Shown: positions 43,001 to 53,646 of the stretch, one piece after another | Numbering within the stretch: position 1 is the stretch's first letter | Layout: each line of letters opens with the position of its first letter | DNA from: Balanoglossus misakiensis | Lineage: Eukaryota > Animalia > Hemichordata | Reading direction: 5' to 3' | Assembly (NCBI GenBank): GCA_040954595.2 | Contig: CM082580.2 | Location: 11,174,909-11,238,908 of the forward strand | Length of the DNA: 64,000 bases | Position numbers and translations under genes: made by a program | The notes under the pieces: model-generated | What the model was told of the DNA's origin: nothing | What the model saw: the letters and a program-made list of their open reading frames with translations, nothing else | The model's database searches: none

Positions 43001-46000
43001 TTTATCGTTTGCAAGCGCTCGAGTTTTATAGTACAGAGGGTGGTAATCGTGATATTATTGACCAGTTTATCTTGTACGACTGATTGCTATCACACACTGT
43101 TTGCTGTCCTATCTGGGCAGACTGAAGACAATCAGATACACCCAGTTACCACCAGTCAATTATAGACTGCGATTAAGCTCACTATATGACTATAAATGAA
43201 ACTGCAAATCGTCCGACGCTGTGCTTCATCACGTCCACAGAATTGACATAACATGATACAACATGCAACAACCGCGAACAACAGATGGTATCATTTGTTA
43301 ATAAAGACAAATGTTTCCATTCCATGTACAACGAACACGCCACCAAAACCGTCAAATGACAATGACTGCACGTGCGCCAGGCCTGTGCATATGATTGAAT
43401 TTGACTAATTTCGCTCGCACTTGTATCTTGATTAAGAGCGCAACATCGCGATCATACCCATATGCATTGTGGGTTTCGTTACACGAGTTTGGTGCTATGG
43501 CTGCCTACAAGCACGTCATGAATAAAACTGCACTTAGATTAAGTTATAAAATGGTAGCAATCATCATGAGAACCATGCGCATGGTGACAAAAGATGGACG
43601 TTCTATAGGATAGTTTATGGTTTGGTCCACCTGTTGCATATTCATGTTTATTGCGATTTGGCTTTGCCCAGGGTGACACGATGACTAGCGCAAAGCACAA
43701 AATCTGCGCGAAGTGAGCTGCAATATTTAGTGTCACTTACGGCCTCTCCGTCAACAAGGACTTACGTGTGGCGGCTTACTGATCTCGTGAAAACAGTTGC
43801 AGCAGCAGAGTCGTTCTCGGTTCATATTTTCAACGTATTTGTTTAAGTCCATACGATTTTCAACCATTCACCAATCTGCAAAACTATTTTCGGTGTTCAC
43901 TTGTCTTCCGCAAACGACGTTTATTTCAACCATGTTGTTCTGAAGTGTCGTCACTTATCTTCCCCCCCCCCCAGATCAGCATGGCTAGCCAGGATGAGCC
44001 CTCCATGGACGAAATGTTTGAGAAATATCGACAACTCATGGACGAATGCTTCATGACGATGGAGTCGACCCCGTATCCCGAAGGCGGTGAGTGAGATGTC
44101 TGCTGCTTTGCCAATCTGACCGACCGACCGACCGACCGACACGACCACAGCTTCCCCTTTCCCTCCCCCTTGTTCCATTTTTGTATCACCCTTGAAGGCT
44201 CGCTCGCCCTTGTATATAAATGCGTCGGGCCACTGTAAGTCTAACATGCCTGGTGTGGTAACACTAGAAATCTCCCCCAGTCATGCCAATGCAATGGTGG
44301 GTTTCATAACATCTCCGGATGGCGCAGCGATTTGCACAATAAATAATTCACAAAACGGTGGCAGCTGAAGCTTAGCAATACTTTTAGTGCAAAATTGCCA
44401 AATTTCGATAGAATTTGATGAGAATGATTTTGTATAACATGACCTCTGAACGAACTCAATTTGGGATTCCTGATAAAGAATATATGAAATACGGAAATCT
44501 TTCCGTCATTTAACTTCTAAAGTTGCATTATTCCAAAATTGACGGTCGTGGGTAAGCACAGAGTCCAAAAATTGTAAGCACAGTTAGATTACTGACTATA
44601 GATGGCATCTGATGTAAGCAAATGAAACTACTGCAATGAGATTCGTCCAGTTTCATGAAATGTCACGTTGCAAAGCCTTGTATATGTCCACCAGCTTCTC
44701 ACGGGGACAAGAAGGGAAGAAACCCTCAAACAACACAATTTACGACTTCTGGCAAATCCAAACAACTTGAAGATTCGCAAAAGGAAACACTCATCCTTGA
44801 CAGGGTTCTCAAATCGACTTTCACAGTTGGGCGATAATGACTCTGAAGTGTCGCGATCAAGTGGTTTCTTTATTAAAGCGAAATCTAAGGAGTGAAAAGA
44901 TTACGGTGTCATAAACTGGTAAACAATGCCTTTCAGAGAAATTTAACGAGAGGATTAAATGAGGTGCTGAAATGAAGAGTTCCTGTAAAAATTTAAATTT
45001 GCCTCCGTAATACGCAATAAAGTTTGACGAGCTCGTGTACCAGTCATCAGTTGAGAGCCTGCGCGTTCAAATATTGTAAACTGTAACAATAGGAAGAGCA
45101 AATCGTGTTTATTTAACCATAACGAGATGCAAGGCTATCCCCTCAAAGCCAAAAATGATACTATATGATAAATTTCGTTCTTCAATACAGGTTTATACTG
45201 TAATCGCACGTGGGACCAACTGGTCTGTTGGCCCGATGTCCAAGCTGGAACTGTCGCCAAACTCCCCTGTCCGTCGTACGTGTATGGGGATCTGGAAAAT
45301 GGTAAGAATTTCTCGTCTTTGCTGCGTGTTGCGAACCATTGTACGGATCGTACCATGCGCGCTATGCTGTACCGGAATCGTCGCAAAATTGGACAAGTGG
45401 AAAGAAATTTTACGTCCGTGTTCAGTGATCTTTCATGGTTCAGTGAACGCTGTTTCATCATTAGTGAGACATATCTTCGATTCCAAGCCGAAATTAATAA
45501 CACAGTGGCTGTGTAAGCCTCAGGTGTTTGTAAATGTACGTATTGTGAACGCACGCCAACATTCTTCGATGTTTTCTATCTTCTACAGTATTTTTGTACA
45601 GAGAATGTGACATGAACGGGGATTGGGTGTCTTTTTCAACCAACAATTCCGCGGCGACCAACGCTACGCAGTGTGACATGGCATACCAAACCATGAAGGA
45701 TGGAGTAGACTTCAAAGTAAGCTCACTGCTACAACATGGCACCTTTCTCCCAACCTCTATACACAGAGAGACAATGCTTAGACAATGCTGAGAACGATAT
45801 GAAGGGCATTCGTGTGAAATTCCAGGGCTATCACGCTCAACGGGAATACGCATATTTTCGAACTTTGAAATTGTGTTCTCTGTTGTTCTGTCTGCAGGAC
45901 TATCTGACAACCATTCGAATTATATATAAAGTGGGCTACGCGATGTCGCTGATAGCGTTGATTCTTGCCATGGTTATTTTTCTATATTTCAAGTAAGTTT

Positions 46001-49000
46001 CTATTATTTTACAATGTACAACAATGTTTAAATAGCTGTTACTAAATGTCATCACCGGCAAGTAATATTATGACAAGCACCGCCATTGGTCGGCCTTGAA
46101 ATTATAATTATATGCATGGAGAGAAGCATAGAATGGAATTTTAAATCAGACGTAAAAATTGTAGCCATGTCTAGATTCGAAGACAAGTCGTGTGGGGCGC
46201 TATATCATTTTTTCAGCTCTAATATACGTTTTTTTTGTTTTATATAGAAAATTATGGTGTCCGAGGAATATCATACACATGAATTTGTTTCTGTCGTTTA
46301 TGCTGCGCGCTATTATCGTGTTTGTGAGGGACAGTATCCAAGACCAGACCATGGCCGAAATGGAAAGGTCGCTAAGCAACATGAACTACGACGATTTCTT
46401 CTTTGGTAATCGCACTACCCTCAGCTACGTTCAAGAAAATGTAAGATGTGTAATCATCTTCTATTCTCTAACCCTGAGAAATTACTCGTTTATCACCTTT
46501 CCTAGCCACTTTTTAAAGAAAAACACTCTTTGCTAACGCTTACCAACAACATTTTTTTTACTTATTTATGTTTATATTACACCTTTAAGGAGTGTCTGAT
46601 TACTCAAAATCAGTAATTTTCACCGGGGCTTAATATTTTACAGCCATGTATGTATTCTCTCCACAGAATCCCGGATGTAAAATTTTGCACACGTTATCTC
46701 ATTATTTCACCGCTTGCAATTACTTCTGGCTGTTGGTAGAGGGCGTCTATCTACACAGTCTCATTACGGTGGCCGTGTTTTCAGAGAAAGCGGGCATCAA
46801 ATGGTATATTGCCCTCGGATGGGGTATGTATGGAAGGAAACATTGAATATGTGGACCACTAATAGACAATCAATGCGACTTTCTGTTATGACTAACGGTT
46901 GCCTCTTGTGGGCTACAAAATCAGGATTTTGACTTCGTTCAGTCGTGCTATCGTTATACTTGGTGTATCACGTGACGGTCGTGAAGTTAATCACAATTGA
47001 AAGTACTGGACACCGCGTGTTATAGCGAAAATCTCTGCCTATGAAATCAAACCGCAATAATTCATATTACAAGAAGAGATTTCATCGCTCCTTACATTCT
47101 CCAACCGTCTCTCTCCATTTCAGGTTTTCCATTACTGTTCATCATTCCGTGGGTTATTGTACAGGCAACAATCAACGACCATGGGTAAGTTCTCCATCAT
47201 TTTGCGGTCTCAAATGGCCTCGTAAGTTGCTGGGATCGACTCCATGCAGCGAATGGCATGCCAGCAGACTTAGGGTTACATTACCTAGACATTAAGTATA
47301 GGAAAGGTACAGTTTGGCCGATAGGATCAACGCATTATGTTACCGATCACTTTGCTCATCTATTCCATGTCATTGTTCAGTATTGGATGGCTCAGACTTT
47401 CGTCACTTACAGTGTAATTTCAATTTTTGTTTCACGGCGCAGGTGTTGGGACGCTGTTTACTTTTCGCCATATTTCTGGATCATATCCGCACCAGTAATG
47501 CTTTCAATTGTAGTAAGTATTAATTTCAAACGCCGTATCTGTGACTAGTCTAGTGTTAACCACACACCGGCATCTTCATCTCTCATGTGTGAGCGTGCGC
47601 GAGTTCATTTGCCTCTGGTGGCCTTTCTCCCCGCAACACACATCGCCATAAGATGCCTTGCATATTTACTGTCATCAATTAGTAACAGCGAACTTAGAGT
47701 ATTCATTAAATTTGTATGGATTTCTTAACAAAAGGAGTACTTATTCTGTGGAAGGTCAAGGCGAAGTTCCCTAACACGACACATTCCCTAACTTACTCTT
47801 CATTTTTTCCACGTTCCTACCGGGCTACACCCATTCAAATGACATATATTTTGGTGGTCATCATTAACCGATGCAATGTACAAACCCCGATCATTAACTT
47901 TTCTCTCCCCTCAAGACAAGTTTCCATACCATCATCTTTCCATACAACTAGACCTTTCATTTATGTATTTACGAGTGCGTATACTGTTCATGAGACCTGA
48001 TGGTGAGATCTTGGTTCATTTTAATAATTACATTTTTAACTATCAACATCCCCTTTTTCATATGTGTATATATATAATCATATCTAAATTAACTTTTTTT
48101 CTGGTTTTCATTGTTACCAATCAAAAACTGCTGGTAATGGTTCTGCTTGAAATAACAGTTTGGTGCATTAATGTTTTTTAATTGTTTTTTTTTAATTACA
48201 TTGTATAAGTAACATTAACCTAACCGTTAATAACTGCAGTGTCATGCAATTTGTACGCGCAGAAACTATGCCTAGCATCGAGTCCGTTACACGCTGTTGG
48301 GACTATTTTTAAGGGTTTGCTTCCCGTTATCCCGGGTAATATTGAACTGTCTAAAACTACATACCTCCGAAGATTGCGAAAACAATCGTTAAGGTTCTAT
48401 CTTTAATTGGGCCACGAAACTACAAATAAGAACATTTGTTCTTATTATTAGTTTGGTGCCCCAAATGTGAAAAAAATGTTAACGGTGGCCTGCCTTCTCT
48501 GAAGCAAATTCGTGGCGTTGCAGATTGGGGTAATTAGGCTCATTCTCCGCAAAATATCTTTTTTAACAACATCTTAACGATTTCATCTACTTTTTTCACG
48601 TTGGTGTATTCTTCTCATTCGTTAAATGACACACTAGTATGTAACATAACTAATATCTAGGATTATGGGAATGTTTAAAAAGTCTTCTTGGTCAAAAACA
48701 TTACATACACGCTGCATGCGCATTTAGAAAGTAATCATATTTCCTGTGTCGTTGACAGCGTTGGTGGTCTCAAATCTTACTATTGTATCCTTTCTCTATC
48801 TTTTGTCTTCCAGGTAAACTTTTTACTATTTTTGAATACTGTGCGTGTCTTAGCAACCAAGCTAAGAGCCACTAACGCGGCGGAAGCGAAAAAGCTAAGG
48901 TACAGGTACATCCCTTTTAAATATCTATCGAGTATATTTCACGATCTTGACTACTTACAGCCTGCTATACGCTGTAGGTAACACGAACTGCAGTGTGTTT

Positions 49001-51415
49001 TGATCTGGTATGTATACTTATTTTGCGAGTGCACACGCACGCACGCACGCCTGGCACTTTTCTCACTGGTACACGTGTGTGTAACTGATTAGAGGTACCG
49101 ATTGGGTGAGGGAGGCAGCCAAAACGCAGCGCACATCTTGTCATATCAGAATTACAATCTGGAAAAACAAGTGCAACCGATCGTTGTGTAGTCGTAATAT
49201 CCCTATAGTTCGTTATTCAAATTCAGTTTCCAAATTGCTAATACCGTGGCACCTTCAAAGCGCCCTCTCTGGCTGTGCTCTGTCATACTGGATTGTGTCT
49301 CGTTACCGGGTGCATGTGGTACGTTTGTAGAATTGCATTTGACACCTGTGTGAACCGGCGACGCCAATATTGCCCGGCACCCTTCCGCTGCACTCCTTTT
49401 CATTAGCAGGGCGCAGCCAGCAGTAGAAATTGGACAGGGAACCACAACAATCTGAATAAAAAATGGTATTCTTCTCCTTTCTGTATTTAACCCATCCTAC
49501 TCAGTGGCAATGTTGGACTATTTCTGAATGTTATATTGAGAGAACTCTTGGCAGCTCTGCAAACAACAAACCACGGAAAACCTGCAGGTTTCTGCCGCCA
49601 CTCAACATCGCTGTGCAAAATTAAGTCTGATCTCCACAAACGCCCAGTAGGCCAACAGTTGGAGATAGGCCTACCGCTAAGGTTCAATTCACGCTGCACT
49701 ATTAAAAGCATGACGATGCACCCATCCGGCAGAATACTAGGTGGATTAACACATAGGCCGATTTGCCCAGACGTCAGATAATTAGAAATGCGTGTTCTGT
49801 CTTTGTCGACAGCCCCTCTCTCTCCCGTTGGTTGACCTCCATGGCCTAGGGCCTGGTAGCAAAGCTTACGGCCGGACATTTGACTTTGGGCGGTCACGAA
49901 TGCGACAAAATCCCGAAATTAATTATTTTAGCTGTGGTCGCAGATGATTCGCGACAGTTCTGACACCTTCACAGTCTGGCTATTTCAAGCACACCATTTT
50001 AACTTTCACATCTTTCCCTTCAATAGGAAACTGGCCAAGTCAACTATGGTGTTGATCCCCCTGTTTGGAGTCTACTACATGGTCACTTTGGGAATACCAC
50101 CGCAGGGAAAGCCAACAGCCGAGAAGTTTCGTCTCGCCTGGGATTTGATTTTGGCGTCTTTCCAGGTGTGTCTGACGAGTGAGCGAGCAAGGTTCACACT
50201 CTGTCTTCTCCCTCTCCTTTCTCACTTCCTTCTCTTCAACATCTCTCCAACATCGCTCGTCTTCAACGCATGGGTGTCGTGGTCATCTTTTTTTCGTAAC
50301 ATTCATAACACGACAGAAACGATGACCACTATTTTTTTCTTAGTACTGACAACAACCTTCGGAGGCTAATTATAATACCCCACCCTCGTTCCAGGACCGT
50401 TTTGGTTGACACGATGTCCGTTTCTCGACAGGGATTGGTGGTTGCTCTTTTGTACTGCTTCATGAACGGAGAAGTGAGGGCTGAAATTTCCAAATGGCTG
50501 CACTTGTGACCTTTTTTGTGTAGTCAAAATTTTTAGGGGCTCGGTAATTTTTCTTGTCTTGTGTAATTTTGCACGAGTGCGTCGGTTGCCACCGGGTGTT
50601 TTCACACCTTGCGCAACTTTTTTTTCATGCATGCTTTTTATCATCACGCCTTCTTTCTCTTCTTCTTGTCTTTTTGTCTAACACAATAATCATAGACCTA
50701 TTAACAATGAAAATAATAAAACCAAACATGGGTGGTTTTTGAAGAAATTTGAGCGTCGATGCAGTGTTCACTCTTTTCCTTTCTCCAACAGGGGCTTGTT
50801 GTCGCCATTATTTACTGCTTTATGAACGGCGAGGTCAGAGGGGAAATTTCTAAACGATGGCATGTCAGGCAGCTGACACGTGATATCAACGCCAGCAGAT
50901 CTTGCAGAAATGGACATTCGACGACGTTCACCAACTTGACCCGGAAGGACTCCGCTGTCGTCAAGGATTCCACAGAGGAGTCGCCCTCTTCGAACAGGAA
51001 AAACAGCAAAAGTGAATACATCCTGATGATGGGAAATGGGAATGCCAACAAGAATAATCAAGAGAAAGAGGCTGGGCGGATCGTGAAAGTTCAAGGAAAG
51101 GACAGCAATTCCAATGACAACGTCCCGGTGATGCAAGGAGCTGAGGTCGACCCGGAAGTGAACGACGGGGACAATGTCGAGCTCATCAAAGACTTTGAGC
51201 CAATCAGAGAACTGACGGAATCCCCAAGGGTTAGGGGGAACGTGTGTCGAGTAGAGGGTGGAGCGCACTCTAGTCCGAAACGGTCACCGACCCTCAAGAA
51301 ACAGTACAACGAAACTGGAGTGGAGGCCGAATATTTAACGCCTCTCACAAGTGAACAGTCTTCGACCGACACGGATCGAAGTCCCACCAAAATGTCAATT
51401 GAAACCGTTGTGTGA
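27996..51415 (+). CDS. Class B1 (secretin-family) GPCR, parathyroid hormone receptor-like; spliced gene, 12 coding exons, ~615 aa (long isoform)
   Basis: Exons 27996-28061, 43975-44086, 45191-45301, 45589-45716, 45898-45992, 46248-46440, 46667-46823, 47124-47184, 47443-47512, 48814-48905, 50027-50165, 50792-51415 join in frame (1848 nt) with GT-AG introns. Six-Cys hormone-binding domain (CNRTWD..CWP..G..PCP), [64 protein letters not shown]-terminal ETVV. Confidence 0.93.
43975..44086 (+). CDS. GPCR exon 2 (ECD N-terminal helix, Cys1)
   Basis: poly-C/ccag| [37 protein letters not shown] |gtgagt, phase 0 to 1. Confidence 0.9.
45191..45301 (+). CDS. GPCR exon 3 (ECD Cys2-4)
   Basis: tacag| [37 protein letters not shown] |gtaag; canonical class B hormone-binding motif. 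Confidence 0.95.
45589..45716 (+). CDS. GPCR exon 4 (ECD Cys5-6, stalk)
   Basis: ttctacag| [43 protein letters not shown] |gtaag. Confidence 0.93.
45898..45992 (+). CDS. GPCR exon 5 (TM1)
   Basis: ctgcag| [32 protein letters not shown] |gtaag. Confidence 0.95.
46248..46440 (+). CDS. GPCR exon 6 (ICL1, TM2, long ECL1)
   Basis: tatag| [28 protein letters not shown]...YVQEN |gtaag. Confidence 0.95.
46667..46823 (+). CDS. GPCR exon 7 (TM3, ICL2, start of TM4)
   Basis: ccacag| [52 protein letters not shown] |gtatgt. Confidence 0.96.
47124..47184 (+). CDS. GPCR exon 8 (TM4)
   Basis: tttcag| [21 protein letters not shown] |gtaagt. Confidence 0.94.
47443..47512 (+). CDS. GPCR exon 9 (ECL2 CW motif, TM5)
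   Basis: gcgcag| [23 protein letters not shown] |gtaagt. Confidence 0.94.
48814..48905 (+). CDS. GPCR exon 10 (end of TM5, ICL3)
   Basis: ttccag| [31 protein letters not shown] |gtacat; VRVLATKLR matches PTH1R. Confidence 0.95.
50027..50165 (+). CDS. GPCR exon 11 (TM6, ECL3, first half of TM7)
   Basis: caatag| [46 protein letters not shown] |gtgtgt. Confidence 0.95.
50432..50509 (+). CDS. GPCR alternative terminal exon 12a (duplicated TM7/helix 8, short C-tail; ~433 aa isoform)
   Basis: tttctcgacag| [25 protein letters not shown]; phase-0 acceptor compatible with exon 11; paralogous to the start of exon 12b. Confidence 0.75.
   Translation, partial: GLVVALLYCFMNGEVRAEISKWLHL
50715..50720 (+). 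terminator. Candidate polyadenylation signal for the short (12a) isoform
   Basis: AATAAA ~205 nt after the 12a stop and before the 12b acceptor, followed by GT-rich sequence (gggtggtttttg). Confidence 0.4.
50792..51415 (+). CDS. GPCR terminal exon 12b (TM7, helix 8, long Ser/Thr-rich C-tail, PDZ ligand ETVV)
   Basis: ctccaacag| [23 protein letters not shown]...KMSIETVV*. Confidence 0.95.
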   Translation, partial: GLVVAIIYCFMNGEVRGEISKRWHVRQLTRDINASRSCRNGHSTTFTNLTRKDSAVVKDSTEESPSSNRKNSKSEYILMMGNGNANKNNQEKEAGRIVKVQGKDSNSNDNVPVMQGAEVDPEVNDGDNVELIKDFEPIRELTESPRVRGNVCRVEGGAHSSPKRSPTLKKQYNETGVEAEYLTPLTSEQSSTDTDRSPTKMSIETVV

Positions 51416-52467
51416 AAGGAAGTTTTGAAGTACGGTTTAACATTAGGTGACGCCGCAGAGATGATCTCGCTGGCAGATTGAATCGGATTTCGTACCGGAA
51501 AGTGGTATGAACGATATGTTTCTGGGAAGTTACAGGACTATTGTTCTCTGGAATCCCTACCACGTTATTCGACATGGGAATATGAACCAGTATGGACAAC
51601 TATTTATCGACAGATAGGTAAAACAGCCTTGAAGGCAGGAACGCCGTGTACAGTGCACGAAAACAAAAACATCGCGACTGGAATTATATTAATTCGACCT
51701 CTGACTTTGACACAGACAAATAAATATGGGAATGTTTATATTTATTGAGTGTGAAAAATGTCGCATGTTGATGTGAATATATAATATTATATTATTACCA
51801 CCTAAGCGTTTGTGAGTCCCTTGAAAATATTGAACATGTTCACAGACGGGAATTGTAAGCAGATAAAATCATATATGACACATAATCAGTGTATAAAGTT
51901 TTGATTTTTTTTAATATTCGATTTTGAATGTCTGAGTATTTGAAATTTTCCAAAGAAATTTCATACCATAATGCATATAGCGATATATAGCTATTCACAA
52001 ATTACTCAAATTGAACTACTTGTATACAAGAGAAGTTAAACTTGGGATCGCGCGGCGTATCGGTTTATTTAAACATAAACAGGTATTTTTGTTTCCCATT
52101 TTGATTTTTAATGCGATATCGTACAACTCATGTTAGTCCATGTATTGTACAGTGTGCGACAGTGCCATACGCTGCAGTCGAATAGACGGAACCCTCTCTA
52201 TAATCTCGGACAACCGTAATCCAATATAACTTAATGTTTACCGAAACCCCTAACCCTAGTTTTACCCGTATACAGTAAACGACTCTTTTTGAAAGAATAC
52301 AGGAATCTTGTCAGTCTTGCCCCAATTGTACAGCGTACCGTTTTTATATATATTATATTATTATTCATAGAAGCAGACACCACGAGAAAATATTGCATCA
52401 TTTGCGAAAAAGTGATATGTGAATTTTCGAAGTAACTGTCGCTGCTTTGCAGTATTTTATATTTTAG

Positions 52468-52473
52468 AATAAA
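52468..52473 (+). terminator. Candidate polyadenylation signal of the long GPCR isoform (another AATAAA at 51719-51724)
   Basis: AATAAA at the end of an AT-rich 3'UTR-like stretch, followed by T-rich sequence. Confidence 0.45.
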
Positions 52474-52754
52474 AGTTGTCTATAATTTACCGAAAGCTGT
52501 TTATTCTAGTCTCACTTTTTCACAGTGACAATCTACAGCATAGTGCTTATTCATGTAAATTTGCCAGGTGATTATTAAATGTTTTAAAATCGCCTAAATT
52601 TCCTACATGAAGATCAATATCTTTACCTGTTTTGGAAGTCCCAGCCGACTGGCATAAATTGTCATTTTGTAAGACATCAAAACATTATTCGCGTTCGCCA
52701 CAAGCGTGAAGGTGGTTCGCATTTGAACCCTCCTAGTCGAGTTGAACGACCGAC

Positions 52755-52920
52755 ATGATTGACCTTCCGAATTGACCCTGTAAATGGGGGATTCTTCATA
52801 CAGTGTAATTAAAGGTGCACACTTACGCCGCTGTGAGAGGTCAATTTACATTTAATTGTTTATTTCGAGGGACGGTGATGAATGTTAGTAAGGGGAGCAC
52901 ACCCCTCCTGTATAAATGGA
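52755..52920 (+). promoter_or_regulatory. Putative lipoxygenase promoter
   Basis: TATAAAT at 52911, ~125 nt upstream of the ATG; TGACCT/TGACCC/AGGTCA half-sites at 52760, 52773, 52838. Confidence 0.35.
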
Positions 52921-53037
52921 CTAATCTGGTGGGAGGCCCGTGAAAATGTTATACCTTTTGTATATGCCACGAAGGTAGCGCGTCGACGATACGGTTTCAT
53001 GATTGAGAAGTTTTTTACCTCCATAACATACTAAAAC

Positions 53038-53517
53038 ATGGGTAACTCGTTATCTCTAAATGCGGACTACACGGTTCACGTGAAGACTGGCCACTACTTC
53101 GGGGCCGGCACAGACGCCAACGTCTCCATCGTGCTGTGCAATGACAGCGGAGAGAGATCACCAAGCATACCCCTGAAGTGCTTTTGGAGGAACAACTTCG
53201 AGAGGGACAGAGAAGACAAGTTCCACGTTTCAAATCTGGCAAACTTCGGCCCGGTGAAGACGATTGAGCTGGGTCACGATGGAGCCGGACTCTTATCGGA
53301 CTGGTACGTGGAATACGTCACGGTGACTAACTTGAGTAATAAGGAGAACTACATATTCCCCGTACAGCGATGGATCACCGACAAAGCTCTGGTGGTCAGC
53401 GAATTTGACTACTGCTTACCACAGGATGATCCATTCATCGAACAACGCAAACAAGAATTGGCTAGAAGGAAACAGCTCTACGAGTTTGAAGCCAAAAGTG
53501 AAGGTTTACCTGTACAG
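53038..53517 (+). CDS. Lipoxygenase exon 1 (PLAT/LH2 domain)
   Basis: aacATGG start; [37 protein letters not shown]; donor CAG|gtatcg. Confidence 0.95.
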
Positions 53518-53523
53518 GTATCG

Positions 53524-53562
<39 letters not shown>

Positions 53563-53579
53563 TTAATTTATTAATTAAT

Positions 53580-53646
<67 letters not shown>

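Noticed and set aside
49360-49940. GC-richer insert and 136 aa minus-strand ORF in GPCR intron 10
   Set aside because: Probably an interspersed repeat, but no TIR, TSD, tail or second copy visible in the window
50432-50473. 12a as a 42 nt internal exon using GAA|GTGAGG as a donor
   Set aside because: Similarity to 12b continues past this point (VRAEISK vs VRGEISK) and no good acceptor exists at the matching position in 12b; terminal exon preferred, though not excluded
50768-51390. Minus-strand ORFs (166, 79 and 99 aa) overlapping the GPCR last exon
   Set aside because: Antisense shadows of a real coding exon; no recognisable motifs
52240-52265. Telomere-like CCCTAACCCTA (also TTTAGGGTTAAGG near 57043)
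   Set aside because: Only 1-2 units; too short to call an interstitial telomere or an element
53038-53517. Allene oxide synthase-lipoxygenase fusion as in corals
   Set aside because: The protein starts directly with PLAT and there is no catalase-like coding sequence upstream
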